Part shown: piece by piece, positions 50,786 through 62,943 of the stretch
How the letters are laid out: the number at the start of each line of letters is the position of its first letter
Position numbering within the stretch: position 1 is the stretch's first letter
Assembly: GCA_963732385.1 (NCBI GenBank)
Contig: CAVSZB010000002.1
Location: forward strand, 128,001-192,000
Origin: an uncultured bacterium
GTDB lineage: Bacteria; Krumholzibacteriota; Krumholzibacteriia; LZORAL124-64-63
Reading direction: 5' to 3'
DNA length: 64,000 nucleotides
Program-made: the position numbers and the translations under genes
Notes under the pieces: model-generated
Told to the model about the DNA's origin: nothing
Database searches by the model: none
What the model saw: the letters and a program-made list of their open reading frames with translations, nothing else

Positions 50786-51346
50786 CTACCCGGTGGGGGG
50801 CTTCGCCTTGCCGTCGATGCGGGCGCGGATGACCTCCTCGCGGGCCGCGACGTCCTCCGCGGAGGTCGCCGCCACCCGTTTGAGGACCTCCCGGAGCGCC
50901 GTCGAGGCGAGCGGTGCTGCGGTCGCGTACAGAAGCCTCCGGCGGAACCGGTTGTCGGCCCGCACCCCGTCGGCGACGTAGCCCGCGAAGTCGCGCTCGA
51001 GCGCGCCGCGCACCTTGGCCCCGTCGTCGCCGAGCGCCCGGACGGCCTTCTCGACCTTGTCGGGCAGGAGGCTCGGCGGGAGCGGGTCGGGCTTGCCGAC
51101 GATCCGGTGCTTCACCGTGCGGAAGACCCGGCGCGGGCCGCCGAGGACGACGAACGCCGTCCCGCCGACCGCGGCGGCGGTCTTGCCGGGGTTCCGGCGG
51201 ACCTTCGCCTTGACGTCCACCGCCGCCCGAGCGGACGCCTCGAGGCGCACGAGCTCGTCGGCCAGGGCCTGCCGGGCTGCCGAGAGGTCGTCGAGCGCGG
51301 CAGCCGTGGCCGGGTCCGGGGGGCGCTGATCCATCGGGGCGCTCAT
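50786..51346 (-). CDS. Hypothetical protein, DUF3618-like N-terminus
   Basis: GGAGGAGG RBS; ARQALADELVRLE...VDVKAKV then a hydrophobic segment; ATGA overlap with the upstream gene. Confidence 0.6.
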   Translation of the reverse strand: MSAPMDQRPPDPATAAALDDLSAARQALADELVRLEASARAAVDVKAKVRRNPGKTAAAVGGTAFVVLGGPRRVFRTVKHRIVGKPDPLPPSLLPDKVEKAVRALGDDGAKVRGALERDFAGYVADGVRADNRFRRRLLYATAAPLASTALREVLKRVAATSAEDVAAREEVIRARIDGKAKPPTG

Positions 51347-52528
51347 GCCGCGTCCTCCTCCCCGCCCTTGCGGCCGGGCAGGCGGGCCTCGACGAAGGCC
51401 TTCGTCTCCATGGCGGCGTCGATCGAGGCCTGTGGCGTGAACCGCCGCTTGAGGTCCTCCCAGTCGTAGTGGCGAAGGGCAAGGGCGGCGAACACCGGCC
51501 AGGCCACCAGCATGACGGTGACGCCGATGGCGACGCCGACCTGGAGGCTGAACGAGATGGCCGTGAAGGCCCCGATGAGCGCGCCGAGGATCGCGCCGCC
51601 GAAGAACCCGCCGATCGCCCCGCCGGCGCCTCCGGCGCGCGCCCCACCGATGATCCCGAGGAGCGCGAGGATGGCGCCCCACAGGGCGATCCCGACGACG
51701 AGCGGGCGGTAGGCCGGATCGACCGTCGGGGCGACGCTCTCGCCGATCGCCGCGTACAGCGCATTCGGCCAGGCGAGGCCGAAGACGGTGCCGACGACGG
51801 CCCCGACGAGAATCGCCAGGAAGAGGGTACCAACGAGGTACGTCCGGCTGATGCGCAGGGCGCTCAACACGAGCACGACGGCGATCGCGACGGAGAAGAG
51901 CGACTCCGTGGAGGATCCCCCATCCCATCGAGCCGAACAGCCACTCCCCCAGGAAGAGCGCGATCCCGACGGGGACGAGGAGGGCGATATAGAGGAGGAA
52001 GACGAGGGCTGCCCCGACCTGCGCGGCGACGTACTTCAGGTCGCTTGCGATCGTCGAGAGCTCGGCCTTCGCAAGGACGATGTGCGCGTCCACGAGGCCG
52101 CGGCCGGCCGCGAACGTGCGCTGCGCCTGTTCGCGCAGCCCGGGCGGCTTCGGCGGCTTCGGCGGCTTCGGGCGCGGCGGCGGGCTGCCGGCCGGTCCCG
52201 ACGGCGGCGCGCCGGGCGGCGTTCGGGGCGGACCGCCGGGGGGCGTTCGGGGCGGACCGCCCGGGGGCGTGGCGGCGGGCGGGACGACGGGCTCCGGGGC
52301 CGCGGGCGGCACCAGAGCCTCGGGCGCGGGCCCCGCCGCGGGCGGCGGCGAGGCCACGGGGTCGGCAGCCGTCGACGCAGCGCCTGCCACGTCGGCGTTC
52401 GCGGCCTCGATCGCGGCGGCCTCGGCCTCGGCGGCGGCGATCGCGTCGAGGGGAGTGCCGGTCGCGTCCTCCGGCGGGACGGAGGATCCTGCGGGTCGGG
52501 ACGCGTCGGAGGGCGGATGCTCGCTCAG
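51343..52528 (-). CDS. Membrane protein with Pro-rich N-terminus, holin-X/YqjE-like (frameshift ~51900)
   Basis: LVDAHIVLAKAEL followed by TM helices; C-terminal PQASIDAAMETKAFV; 24-bp tandem repeat encoding TPPGGPPR near 52213-52270. Confidence 0.6.
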
Positions 52529-52592
52529 GGTGGGCTCCTTCGCGCGGCGGCGTTCCCGCCGATCATACCGTCCCGCGCCGTCGGGCGGAGAC

Positions 52593-53677
52593 TCAGCTGA
52601 TCGTCAGGACCGGCTGCTGGCGGGCGGCCCGCACGCTCATCCGGGCGGCCACCGTCTGGGCCACCGCGGTCAGCGCCACGGCCGCCGGACCGGGCTCGCG
52701 CTGGGCGACCGCCGGGACCCCGACGTCGCCGCCCTGGCGGACCGTGATGTCGAGGGGGATCCCGCCCAGGTACTCCAGCGTCGTGCTCGCGCGGCGAAGC
52801 GCTCCGCCGCCGCCGCGCCCGAAGATCTCGGTCAGCTCGCCGCAATGCGGGCAGACGAAGGCGCGTCATGTTCTCGACGAGCCCGATCACCGGCACGCTC
52901 ATCCGCTGGAACATCGCGAGGGCCTTGCCGACGTCGGAGAGCGAGACCTCCTGGGGCGTCGTGACCAGGACCGCCCCGCAGATCGGCACCGCCTGGGCCA
53001 GCGTGAGCTGCGCGTCCGACGTGCCGGGCGGCAGGTCGATGACGAGGTAGTCCAGGTCGCCCCAGTCGACGTCGCGCAGGAACTGCTGGATCGCGCCGCC
53101 GACGAGCGGGCCGCGCCACACGATCGGCTGGCCGTCCGGGCACGAAGAACTGCGATCGAGATGACCTTCACGCCGTGGCGCTCGAGCGGCAGGATCTTGT
53201 TGTTCGTCGCTGGCCTTGGGCTGCGCCCTCGACGCCCATCATCATGCGGGATGTTCGGGCCGGTGATGTCCGCGTCGAGGAGGCCGACCGCGGCGCCCGC
53301 CTGGGCCAGGGCGACCGCGAGGTTGACGCTGACGGTGCTCTTGCCGACGCCGCCCTTGCCGGACGCGACGGCGATGATGTTCTTCACGCCGCGAGCGAGC
53401 TGCTGCGGCCTGGCGCGGCGGCGCGCGGCGGACCATCGCGCCCCAGGTGATCTCGACGCCGGTCGCACCGATCCCGGCCAGCGCGGCCCGGGCGTTGCGC
53501 TCGATCTCGTCCTTGAGCGGGCAGGCCGGCGTGGTCAGCTCGATCGTGAAGGCGACCTTCGGCCCGTCGATGACGATCGTCCTTGACCATGTTGAGGGTG
53601 ACGATGTCGCGGCCGAGCTCGGGCTCCTGGACGGTGCGGAGGGCGTCGAGGACGGCGGCTTCGGTGAGCGTGCTCAT
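52593..53677 (-). CDS. mrp: Mrp/NBP35 (ApbC) Fe-S carrier ATPase (frameshifts)
   Basis: [61 protein letters not shown]. Confidence 0.9.
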
Positions 53678-53836
53678 CTGGCGGTCGGTTCCTTCCGGTG
53701 CGGGGACGCGGGCGTTCCCGGGCGTCGCGCCCGGGCCGATCATCGTATCGCGGCGGCCGCGCGCAGAGTCGCCATTCGCACGGCCGCGGCGGTCCTTCGC
53801 GTGCGGATCCGCATGGCCGATCACGATGCGCACCAG

Positions 53837-53894
53837 TTGACGACGCCGTTTCCGCGGCCTCGTACCATCCGGCCATCTACTGCACGACGGTAGA
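53837..53894 (+). promoter_or_regulatory. Candidate long-spacer promoter and dyads upstream of the polyamine operon
   Basis: TTGACG-N20-TACCAT with dyad ACGACGCCG-N6-CGGCCTCGT across the spacer; second dyad TCTACTG-N5-CGGTAGA at 53876-53894. Confidence 0.4.
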
Positions 53895-54002
53895 CGTCGG
53901 TGGACGCGCGCCGAGGAGGCGCGCCACCGGCCGCGGCTCGCCCCGTCCCCGGGCGACCGGTCGGCGCAGCCCTCCGGCGACGCGAGGAGCAGCGAAGCGA
54001 CC

Positions 54003-55142
54003 GTGACGACCGACGTCGACGTCCGGCTCGTCGACGTCGTCAAGAAGTTCGGCGAGGTCGTCGCCGTCGACCACATCGACCTCGAGGTCCGCGACGGCGA
54101 GTTCTTCTCGCTGCTGGGCCCGTCCGGCTGCGGCAAGACGACGACCCTGCGCATGATCGGCGGCTTCGAGGAGCCCACGTCGGGCCTCATCGAGCTCCAG
54201 GGCCAGGACGTCGACCTGGCTGCCGCCGTACAAGCGCAACGTCAACACCGTCTTCCAGAACTACGCCCTGTTCCCGCACCTGACGATCTACGAGAACGTC
54301 GCCTTCGGCCTCCGGCGCAAGAAGGTCGACGGACGCGGAGATCAAGGCGCCGGGTCGGCGAGATGCTCGAGCTCGTCGAGCTGCCGGGCTTCGAGAAGCG
54401 CAAGCCGACCCAGATCTCCGGCGGCCAGGCCCAGCGCGTCGCGCTCGCGCGGGCGCTCATCAACCGCCCGTCGGTGCTGCTCCTCGACGAGCCGCTCGGC
54501 GCCCTCGACCTCAAGCTGCGCAAGCAGATGCAGGTCGAGCTCAAGCGCATCCAGCAGGAGGTCGGGATCACGTTCATCTACGTGACCCACGACCAGGAAG
54601 AGGCGATGACGATGTCGGATCGCATCGCCGTCATGAACCGCGGCCAGCTACGAGCAGCTGGCCGACCCGGAGACCCTGTACGAGCGGCCGGCCACCCGCT
54701 TCGTCGCCGGCTTCCTCGGCGTCTCGCAACCTGCTGCGCGGCAGCGTCGTCGGAGACGGCCGCGGCACGCACGTCGGCCGTGCGGCTCGACGAGCGACGT
54801 CGTCGTCCGCGTCCCGATCGCGGCGGCCGGCGGGTCCGACGCCGATCGAGGTCGGCGTCCGGCCCGAGAAGATCCGGCTGTACGGCGACTGAACCAGGAG
54901 ATCCCCGGCCGGGCTGAACCAGCTGGCCGGGACCGTCCGCGACGCCTCGTACCTCGGCGTGAGCACCCAGTACGTCGTCGAGACCCGGAGCGGCGGCCGC
55001 CTCACGCGTCTACGAGCAGAACGTCGAGCGCACGATCCACGGGTCGCTCTACCGGCCGGGCGAGGAGGTCCGGCTCACGTGGTCGCCCGACCACTCGTTC
55101 GCGGTCGCCCCGTCCGCCGGCGGCGACGGAGCCGAGGAGTGA
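54003..55142 (+). CDS. potA: Polyamine ABC transporter ATPase (frameshifts)
   Basis: [49 protein letters not shown]. Confidence 0.9.
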
Positions 55143-55178
55143 GCCGCGCGGCCGCGACCGGCGCACCGGAGGAGGAGC

Positions 55179-56419
55179 ATGATGCCGCAGCACGATCCGA
55201 TCCTCGACCGGAGGATCACCCGTCGCACGATGCTCCAGGGCTCGGCCCTCGCCGGCGTCGGCGCCTTCCTCGCGGCCTGCGGGCACGCCGGGCCAGACCG
55301 GCGCGCCGTCCGGGACGCCGGCCGCCGAGCGCGGCGCCGAGCGAGGCGGCGCCGGCCGACCGAGAAGCCGACCGCGAGCGACGTCCTCAACTTCGCCAAC
55401 TGGCCCCTCTACATCGACTACGACGACGACGACCGCAGAGCAGCCCCACGCTCGAGCAGTTCACCGCGAAGTACGGCACGAAGGTCAACTACGTCGAGGC
55501 GATCAACGACAACGAGTCGTTCTTCGGGACGATCCAGCCGCCCCTGCAGGCCGGCCAGGACACCGGCTGGGACATCATCGTCCTGACCGACTGGATGGCC
55601 GCCCGCGTCGTCCGCCTCGGCTGGGTCGAGACGATCGACACGGCGAACACGCCGAACTTCACGGCCAACCTGCTCGACGTCTACCGGGGCGTCGCCTGGG
55701 ACCCCGACACGAACCTGCGCGCGCCCTGGCAGTCGGGCATGACCGGCCTCGGCTTCGACGAGGCGGTGACGGGCAACCTGACCAGCCTCGAGGCGCTGCT
55801 GGACCGACGACTCCCGCTGGAAGGGCAAGGTCTCGTTCCTCACCGAGATGCGGGACACGGTCGGGCTGACGCTGCTGAAGCTCGGCTACGCGCCCGAGGA
55901 CTTCACGATGCGAGCAGGCCGACGAGGCGTTCGCCGAGATCAAGACGGCCGTCGACGCCGGCATCGTCCGGAGCTTCCTCGGCAACGACTACAAGGAGGC
56001 CCTCGTCAAGGGCGACCTCGTCCTCGGCACTGCGTGGTCGGGCGACATGATCATCGCCCAGGACGAGAAGGAGAGGCTCCGCTTCAACATCCCCGACGAG
56101 GGCGGGACGCTCTGGACCGACAACATGCTCATCCCCAAGGCCGCCCAGCACAAGTACACGGCCGAGCTGATGATCGACTTCGTCTACGACCCGTCCGATC
56201 GCCGCCCAGCTGGCGGCGTACATCTAGTACGTCTCGCCGGTGGCCGGCGCCAAGGAGGTCCTGCGGCGAGCGATCGATCCCGAGACGGCGGCGCTGGCCG
56301 AGAACCCGCTCATCTTCCCCGACGAGGCGACGCTCGCGAAGGTCCACATCTTCCGCGACCTCGACGAGGAGGAAGAGGCCTACATGAACGACGAGTTCTC
56401 GAAGGTCACCGGGAACTAG
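55179..56419 (+). CDS. potD: Polyamine ABC substrate-binding Tat lipoprotein (frameshifts, one in-frame TAG at 56225)
   Basis: ITRRTMLQG...FLAAC lipobox; FANWPLYID, PWQSGMTG, AWSGD, LWTDNMLIPK. Confidence 0.85.
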
Positions 56420-56472
56420 GTCGCCGGGCCCACGCCGGCCGCGCCGCCCACCGCCCTGCACGAGGACCGCCC

Positions 56473-57355
56473 GTGGGACGCTCCTCCGTCGCTACCGGTT
56501 CCTCGTCCCGTACCTGCTGCTGGCGCCGGGCCTCCTCTGGCTGGCCGTCTACTACGTCTACCCGGCCATCCAGATGTTCATCGCCTCCTTCTGGAGCGGG
56601 TCGCTCTCGCAGGGCTACACGTTCTCGTTCGAGAACTGGACCAACTACACGGACGCCCTCGACCGGTACTCGGAGCAGTTCATCCGCTCGATCGTCTACG
56701 CCGGACTCGCCACCCTCCTGACGTTCGCGATCTCCTTCCCGCTCGCCTACACGATCGCGTTCCGCGGCGGGCGCTACAAGAACCTCCTCCTGTTCCTCGT
56801 CATCGCCCCCTTCTTCACCAGCTTCCTGCTGCCGGGTCATCAGCTGGCGGACGATCCTCGGCGACAACGGGCTCCTGCTCGGCCTGCTCGAAGGAGCTCG
56901 GCATGCTGCCCGGAGGACTTCCGGGTGCTCGCTACGCCGCTCGCCGTCGTCACCGGCATCGCCTACAACTTCCTGCCGTTCATGACGCTGCCGATCTACG
57001 TGAGCCTCGAGAAGATCGACCGGCGGCTCCTCGAGGCCGGTCAGGACCTCTACGCGACGCCGCCGGACCGACGTTCCGCAAGGTCACCTTCCCGCTCGCC
57101 GCTGCCCGGCATCTTCGCCGGGACGCTGCTCACCTTCATCCCGGCGATGGGCGACTACGTCAACGCCGAGCTGCTCGGCCAGACGCCGAGCAGCCCGGAT
57201 GATCGGCAACGTCATCCAGATCGCGGTTCCTGACGAGCAACGACTACCCGACCGCCGCCGCTCTCTCGTTCATCCTCATGGCCGGCATCCTCGTCGCCGT
57301 CGCGATCTACGCTCGGGTCCTCGGCACCGAGGAGCTCACGAGCTCGGGGCGCTGA
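56473..57355 (+). CDS. potB: Polyamine ABC permease (frameshifts; start approximate)
   Basis: PFFTSFL, YNFLPFMTLPIY.SLEKID..LLEA..DLYA, LTFIPAMGDY. Confidence 0.85.
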
Positions 57356-57359
57356 GCCG

Positions 57360-58207
57360 ATGACGAGCCTCGCCACCCCGGCGCCGACCCGCACCGCGCG
57401 GGACCGTCCGCCAGCGGATCGCCCGCTGGCTCGGCCGCTACGGCCTCTACGTGTACACCGCGCTCGCGATCGTGTACCTGATGCTGCCGATCGCCGTCAT
57501 GATCGTGTTCAGCTTCAACGACCCGGTCGGCAAGTCGAACTTCACGTGGGTCGAGTTCAGCCTCGACGCCTGGCTCAACCCGTTCGGTGCCCTCGGGCTC
57601 CAGGACGCGGTCTTCGCCAGCCTGCGGATCGCCTTCATCTCGACGATCGTCGCGACGATCCTGGGCACGCTCATCGGCGCTCGCCCTCACCCGCTACCAG
57701 TTCCGCGGCCGCGGGGCGACGAACCTCTTCATCTTCCTGCCGATGGCGACGCCCGAGATCGTCCTCGGCGCCTCGCTCCTGACGATGTTCGTGTCGATCG
57801 GCCAGCCGCGGAACGAGCTCACGATCCTCATCGCCCACATCATGTTCAACATCAGCTTCGTGGTCGTGACGGTCCGGGCCCGCCTCGCCGGGCTTCCCCG
57901 CCATCTCGAGGAGGCGGCGATGGACCTGGGCGCGACCGAGTGGGTGACGTTCTGGAAGGTCACCTTCCCGCTCATCTTCCCGGGGATCATGGCCGCCGCC
58001 CTGCTGGCGTTCAGCCTCTCGATCGACGACTTCGTCATCACCAACTTCACCGCCGGCCAGACGGTGACCTTCCCGATGTACATCTACGGGTCGTACCGGA
58101 TCGGCGTGCCGGTCCAGGTCAACGTCATCGGGACGATCATCTTCCTCACCGCGGTCGGAGCGGTCCTCCTGAGCACGCTCCTGCAGCGGCGCGACCGGGG
58201 CGCCTGA
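57360..58207 (+). CDS. potC: Polyamine ABC permease (frameshifts)
   Basis: VFSFN, PEIVLGASLL, LEEAAMDLGA, FSLSIDDFVIT. Confidence 0.88.
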
Positions 58208-58215
58208 TCGATCCG

Positions 58216-59109
58216 GTGACCGACGACGGGAAGGGCCGCACGGCACGCGGAGGGCTGCGACCCGGGGGCGCTCGCCCCGGTGTCGTGACGCCGGCCGCGC
58301 CGGGCCTCCTGCGGATCGCCGGCGCGGCGCGCGCCGTCGGCGTGTCGCCGAGCGCCCTGCGCCTCTGGGAGCGGCAGGGCCTCGTCGCCCCGATCCGCAG
58401 CGGCGGGCGCGAGCGCCGCTACGGCACCGAGGAGCTGATGCGGCTCCACCGCATCCGCCACCTTCGCGCCGTCGAGGGCCTCAACGCGGCCGGTATCCGG
58501 CGGGTCCTCGGCGAGCCCGGCCCATCCGGGCCGGGCCGGGGCCCGGCCGCCGTCGGCGCCCTCATGCGCGAGCGCCGGGCGGCGGCCGCCCTCTCGCTCC
58601 GCGCGACGAGCGCGCGAACCGGCCTGTCCCCATCGTTCATCTCGAGTCTCGAGCGCGGGGCGACGGGCGCGTCGATTGCCGCCCTCGTCCGCCTCGCCGC
58701 TGCGTACGGCACCACGGTCGGCGCCATCCTCGGCGAGGCACCCGGCGCCGCGGACGGTCCGAGACTCCCGGCGCCCGCCGAGCGCGTCGTCCGCGGCCAC
58801 GAGCGCCCCATCGTCGATGCCGGGCATGGCGTCCGCATCGAGGAGCTCGCCGCGCGGCCGACCCGGCTCCAGCCGCAGCTCTTCGTCCTCGCGCCGGGCG
58901 CGAGCTCGGACGGCGCGTACGATCACGCTGGCGAGGAGTTCCTGTACGTCCTCGGCGGCCGGCTCGCCGTGTGGCTCGACGGCGAGGAGCATCACGAGCT
59001 GGCGGCGGGCGACGCCCTCACGTTCCCCTCCTCGCTTCCCCACCGCTTCGTCGCGCTCGGCCCGGACGAGACGCGGGTCCTCTGGGTCAACACGCCACCG
59101 ACGTTCTGA
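58216..59109 (+). CDS. Transcriptional regulator with MerR HTH + XRE HTH + cupin
   Basis: IAGAARAVGVSPSALRLWERQGLVAP.R..GRERRY; LSLRATSARTGLSPSFISSLERG; HAGEEFLYVL.G...GDALTFPSSLPHRF. Confidence 0.88.
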   Translation: MTDDGKGRTARGGLRPGGARPGVVTPAAPGLLRIAGAARAVGVSPSALRLWERQGLVAPIRSGGRERRYGTEELMRLHRIRHLRAVEGLNAAGIRRVLGEPGPSGPGRGPAAVGALMRERRAAAALSLRATSARTGLSPSFISSLERGATGASIAALVRLAAAYGTTVGAILGEAPGAADGPRLPAPAERVVRGHERPIVDAGHGVRIEELAARPTRLQPQLFVLAPGASSDGAYDHAGEEFLYVLGGRLAVWLDGEEHHELAAGDALTFPSSLPHRFVALGPDETRVLWVNTPPTF

Positions 59110-59119
59110 AGGAGACACC

Positions 59120-60460
59120 ATGGCCGACACGACCGCCACCCCCGCCCCGGGCGCGCGCACCGGGGCGCCGCTCCCGGACCCGTCCGTCGTGCCTGCTGTC
59201 TGGGGCCGCGTCACGAGCCTCCGGGTGGACCGCGGCGACGGCTGCTGGCTCGTCACCACGGACGGCGAGCGCTACCTCGACTACAGCTCGGGGATCGGCG
59301 TCACGAACACCGGGCACGCCCACCCGCGGGTCGTCGCCGCCGTCCAGGCCCAGGCCGCGAAGCTCCTCCACGGCCAGCAGAACATCGTCTACCACGAGGC
59401 AGGGCTCCGCCTCTACGACCGGCTCCGGACGGTGCTGCCCGGCGGCCCGTGGCAGGCCTTCCTCTCGAACTCGGGCGCCGAAGGGGTCGAGGCCGCGGTG
59501 AAGCTCGCCCGGGCCGCCACGAAGCGCCCCGTCATCCTTGTCTTCCGCGGCGGGTATCACGGGCGGACGGCCCAGACGATGGCCCTCACCACGGCGAAGA
59601 GCGTCTACCGCGGCGACTTCGAGCCCCTCCCCGGCTCCGTCTACAGCACCGCCTTCCCGTACTGCTTCCGCGCGCCCGGCGGCTCGCACCCCGCCGACGC
59701 CGGCTGCACCTGCGATTGGGAGGCCGAGCTCGACCTCACCCTTCACACGCTGACCTATCCCGAGCACGTCGCGGCCGTGGTCGTGGAGCCCGTCCTCGGC
59801 GAGGGCGGCTACGTCGTCCCGCCGCCGGGCTTCCTGCCGCGCCTCCGCGAGATCACCCGGACCCACGGGATCCTGCTCGTCGCCGACGAGGTCCAGACGG
59901 GCGTCGGGCGGACCGGGGAGCTGTTCGCGGTCCGCCATTGGGACGTCGAGCCCGACATCCTGGTCTTCGCCAAGGGGATCGCGTCGGGCCTGCCGCTCTC
60001 CGGGATCATCGCCCGCCCGGAGCTGCTCGCGGCGTGGCGGCCGGGCGCCCACGGCGGCACGTACGGCGGCAACGTCGTGGCCTGCGCCGCCGCCAACGCA
60101 ACGCTCGACGTCATCGAGGAGGAGGGCCTCGTCGCAAACGCCCGCGAGCGGGGCGCCCAGCTGCTCGCCGGGCTCCGCGCGATCCAGGCGCGGCACCGCG
60201 AGGTGGGTGACGCCCGCGGCCTCGGGCTCATGGCGGCCCTCGAGCTCGTGAAGCCGGACGAGGGCGACGGGCGCGTGCCGGACCCCGACCTCGCGAAGCG
60301 GGTCCTCGCGGCGGCGCTCGAGCGGAAGCTGATCGTCCTTTCCGCCGGCCCGTACGCCAACGTCGTCCGGATCATCCCGCCGCTCGTCACGACGGCCGCC
60401 GAGGTCGACCTTGCGCTGGCGGCGCTCGGGGAGAGCGTGGTGGAGGCGACGGGCGGCTGA
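59120..60460 (+). CDS. Class III PLP aminotransferase (4-aminobutyrate aminotransferase-like)
   Basis: LDYSSGIGVTNTGH, SGAEGVE, EPVLGEGG, ADEVQTG.GRTG, FAKGIASG, HGGTYGGN; AAGGAG RBS. Confidence 0.92.
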   Translation: MADTTATPAPGARTGAPLPDPSVVPAVWGRVTSLRVDRGDGCWLVTTDGERYLDYSSGIGVTNTGHAHPRVVAAVQAQAAKLLHGQQNIVYHEAGLRLYDRLRTVLPGGPWQAFLSNSGAEGVEAAVKLARAATKRPVILVFRGGYHGRTAQTMALTTAKSVYRGDFEPLPGSVYSTAFPYCFRAPGGSHPADAGCTCDWEAELDLTLHTLTYPEHVAAVVVEPVLGEGGYVVPPPGFLPRLREITRTHGILLVADEVQTGVGRTGELFAVRHWDVEPDILVFAKGIASGLPLSGIIARPELLAAWRPGAHGGTYGGNVVACAAANATLDVIEEEGLVANARERGAQLLAGLRAIQARHREVGDARGLGLMAALELVKPDEGDGRVPDPDLAKRVLAAALERKLIVLSAGPYANVVRIIPPLVTTAAEVDLALAALGESVVEATGG

Positions 60461-60483
60461 GGCGTCGGCGCGGGCGCGGGCGC

Positions 60484-61330
60484 CTAGCCGCGGAGGCGCG
60501 CCAGGATCTCGTCGTGGAGGATCCCGTTGCTGCCGACGAACGTCGACGCCCATACGTCGCGGGCGCCCGTGACGTCGGTCACGCGGCCCCCGGCCTCTTC
60601 GATGATCACCAGCGGGGCGGCCACGTCCCAGGCGTGCATCCCGGACTCGATCATCGCCTCGGCCGCCCCCTCGGCGACGAGGGCATAGCCCCAGAAGTCG
60701 CCGAAGCCGCGCTCGCGCCAGCAGGCCTCGATGAGGTCGTCGAAGCCGGGCATGAGGCCGGACTTGAGGTTCTCCGGCGGCTGCTGAAGATGAGCTGCGC
60801 ATCGTCGAGCGAGGCGACGCCGCTCGACCGGATCCGCCGCCGGTTGCCGTCCGCGGTCGATGTGGCCAACGCGCCCAGCCCGCGGGCGCGAACCAGCGCT
60901 CGCCCATCGCCGGCGCCGAGATGACACCGACCTGGAGCTCGCCGTCGACCTCGACCGCGAGGAGCGTGCCGAAGAGCGGCACGCCCCGGATGAAGTTGTG
61001 CGTTCCGTCGATCGGGTCGACGTACCAGCGGATGCCCGCCGCGCCCCGCTTCGTCGCCGTACTCCTCGCCCACGAAGCCGTGCTCGGGGTAGAGGTTGCC
61101 GATCCGGTCGCGGATCAGGCCGCTCGATCGCCCGGTCCGCCTCGGTGACGAACGTGCGGTCCGGCTTGCGCTCGGTCGGGACCTCGCGGCGATACCAGCG
61201 CATGGCGAGCCGATCGGCCTCGTTGCACAGCTCGAGGCCGAGCGAGAGCCAGGCCGTGAGGTCGCTCTCGCTCGACCGGCGCAGCCCGGCGCTCCAGGCC
61301 GGGCCGAACACGCCGCGCGCCGTCGCTCAC
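60484..61330 (-). CDS. Inositol monophosphatase family, histidinol-phosphatase HisN-like (frameshifts)
   Basis: [53 protein letters not shown]. Confidence 0.85.
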
Positions 61331-62748
61331 GATGCCGCTGCGAGCCGCCGCCGCGAGGGCCGCCGGGGCCGGGTCGGTGCCACTCCGGGCCGTTCGGCGA
61401 CGAAGCGAGCGAGGAGGTCCGCGCGTCCCGGTCACCTTCAGCTGGTCGAACAGGAACCCGACCTTCGCGGCCTGCGAGGCGAGGATCTCGTCCTTGGTGT
61501 CGAGCTCCCAGAGGCTGACGCTTGAACGGGCCGATCGCCTTCTTGCGGGTCGTGTAGACGAACTGGGTGTCGGTCTGGCCGTCCTTGCGCTCGTCGGCCG
61601 CGTTCTGCGAAGCACCAGGCCTCGATCTCGCGTGCAGCTCCGCCGGGAAGGCCGGGTGCTCGTAGAGGCGTTCTGGAAGCCCGTGGCGAGGTGGATCTCG
61701 GCCGTCTCGACCGTCGGGAACGGTGGAACAGCTCGTCCGGCAGCGTGCTCGCGCCGTGCTGGACGGCGCCGGCGAGCGCCGTACGTCCGCGCGACCTCGC
61801 CGAGGACCCGGAGCACCTCGAAGTCGAGCTTGACCTCGGCGACGCCGCCGTCCGGGAGCGGGATCCCGCCGTGGCTGGTGCCCGTCGCGACGCTCACCTT
61901 GCTGACCCCGATCGCGCCCGGGCGCGGGCGTCGAGCTCGCGGCGGTAGCCGTCGAGGTAGGCCCGCAGCTCGTCCCGGTTCGAGTTCTCCTTGCCGACTT
62001 CGCCGATCTCGCCGCCGACGGAGATCGTCACGCCGTCGGGCTCGAGCTCGCGGATGAGCGCCGTGAGCTCGGCGGCGACGCGTGTAGTTCACCCGCTGCT
62101 GCTCGTCGACGCGTCGGCTGTCGAGAGGTCGACCAGGGTCGAGCTGTCGATGTCGATGTTGAGGTAGCCGGCGGCGATCGCGTCGCGGCAGGCCTTGCGG
62201 ATCTCCTCGGTCATCGCCTCCGGGTCGGCGGCGTACTTCTTCGCGTTGAACTGGTAGTGGTCGCCCTGGATGAAGACCGGGCCGACCCAGCCGGCCGCGA
62301 TCGCCCCGGCGAGGCAGCTCGTGGCGTACTCGAAGACGCGCTGGTACGTGTAGGTCTGCTCGGAGCGGGCCAGCTCGAGGATGACGGGCCGACGTCCTTC
62401 GCCATCGCCGTCTCGAGGATCGTCCGGGCCATGTCGAACGTCTGCACCCGGAGGTTGATCGCCGGGACGGTGAAGCCGCGCGACCTCGCCGCGGCGCGCG
62501 GGCCACGTAGAGGTCCTGGATGCTCGCCGAGCGGGCGCCGAGCGCCTGGCTGGCCTCCCAGACGATCCAGCGGGCGGCCTCGACGGTCGCGGCGTCCTCG
62601 GAGAACGTCTGGGTCCAGGCGAGGTCCTCGATCGTGCGGGCCGCGGAACGCCGCCTCGTCCGTGACGACGACGTCGGTCGCCCTCGATGCGGGCGGTCCC
62701 GTCGAGCAGGGCGAGGAGCTCGGGGATGGAGGCGGCGACGGTGGCCAT
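61327..62748 (-). CDS. Class II fructose-bisphosphate aldolase family (frameshifts)
   Basis: [65 protein letters not shown]. Confidence 0.85.
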
Positions 62749-62943
62749 GGGCGCGGGTCTCCTGTCGGTGGCGAGCGGCGGGACGGCGTCCGCGCCGCGC
62801 GGGTGGCGGTGGGCTGCACCTGCGGGCCGGCCCCGCGCGCTCACGCGCCGGCGACCCGCGGCCCCGTCATGGTACGACGACGGGGGGACCCGCTCACCCG
62901 GCCGGGCGGCCCGTGATCGGGGTGCCGAAGGGACGGGTGACGG

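Noticed and set aside
48451..53586. Long Arg/Gly/Pro-rich antisense and alternate-frame ORFs (e.g. 48451..50832, 51469..53586)
   Set aside because: Shadow ORFs expected in very GC-rich DNA, lying opposite recognisable genes.
56225..56227. In-frame TAG in potD as pyrrolysine or stop readthrough (an MttB-family gene is nearby)
   Set aside because: It is a single instance in a very error-rich segment, TAG is used as a normal stop at 56417 and 60484, and no pyl genes are visible. A base-call error is more likely.
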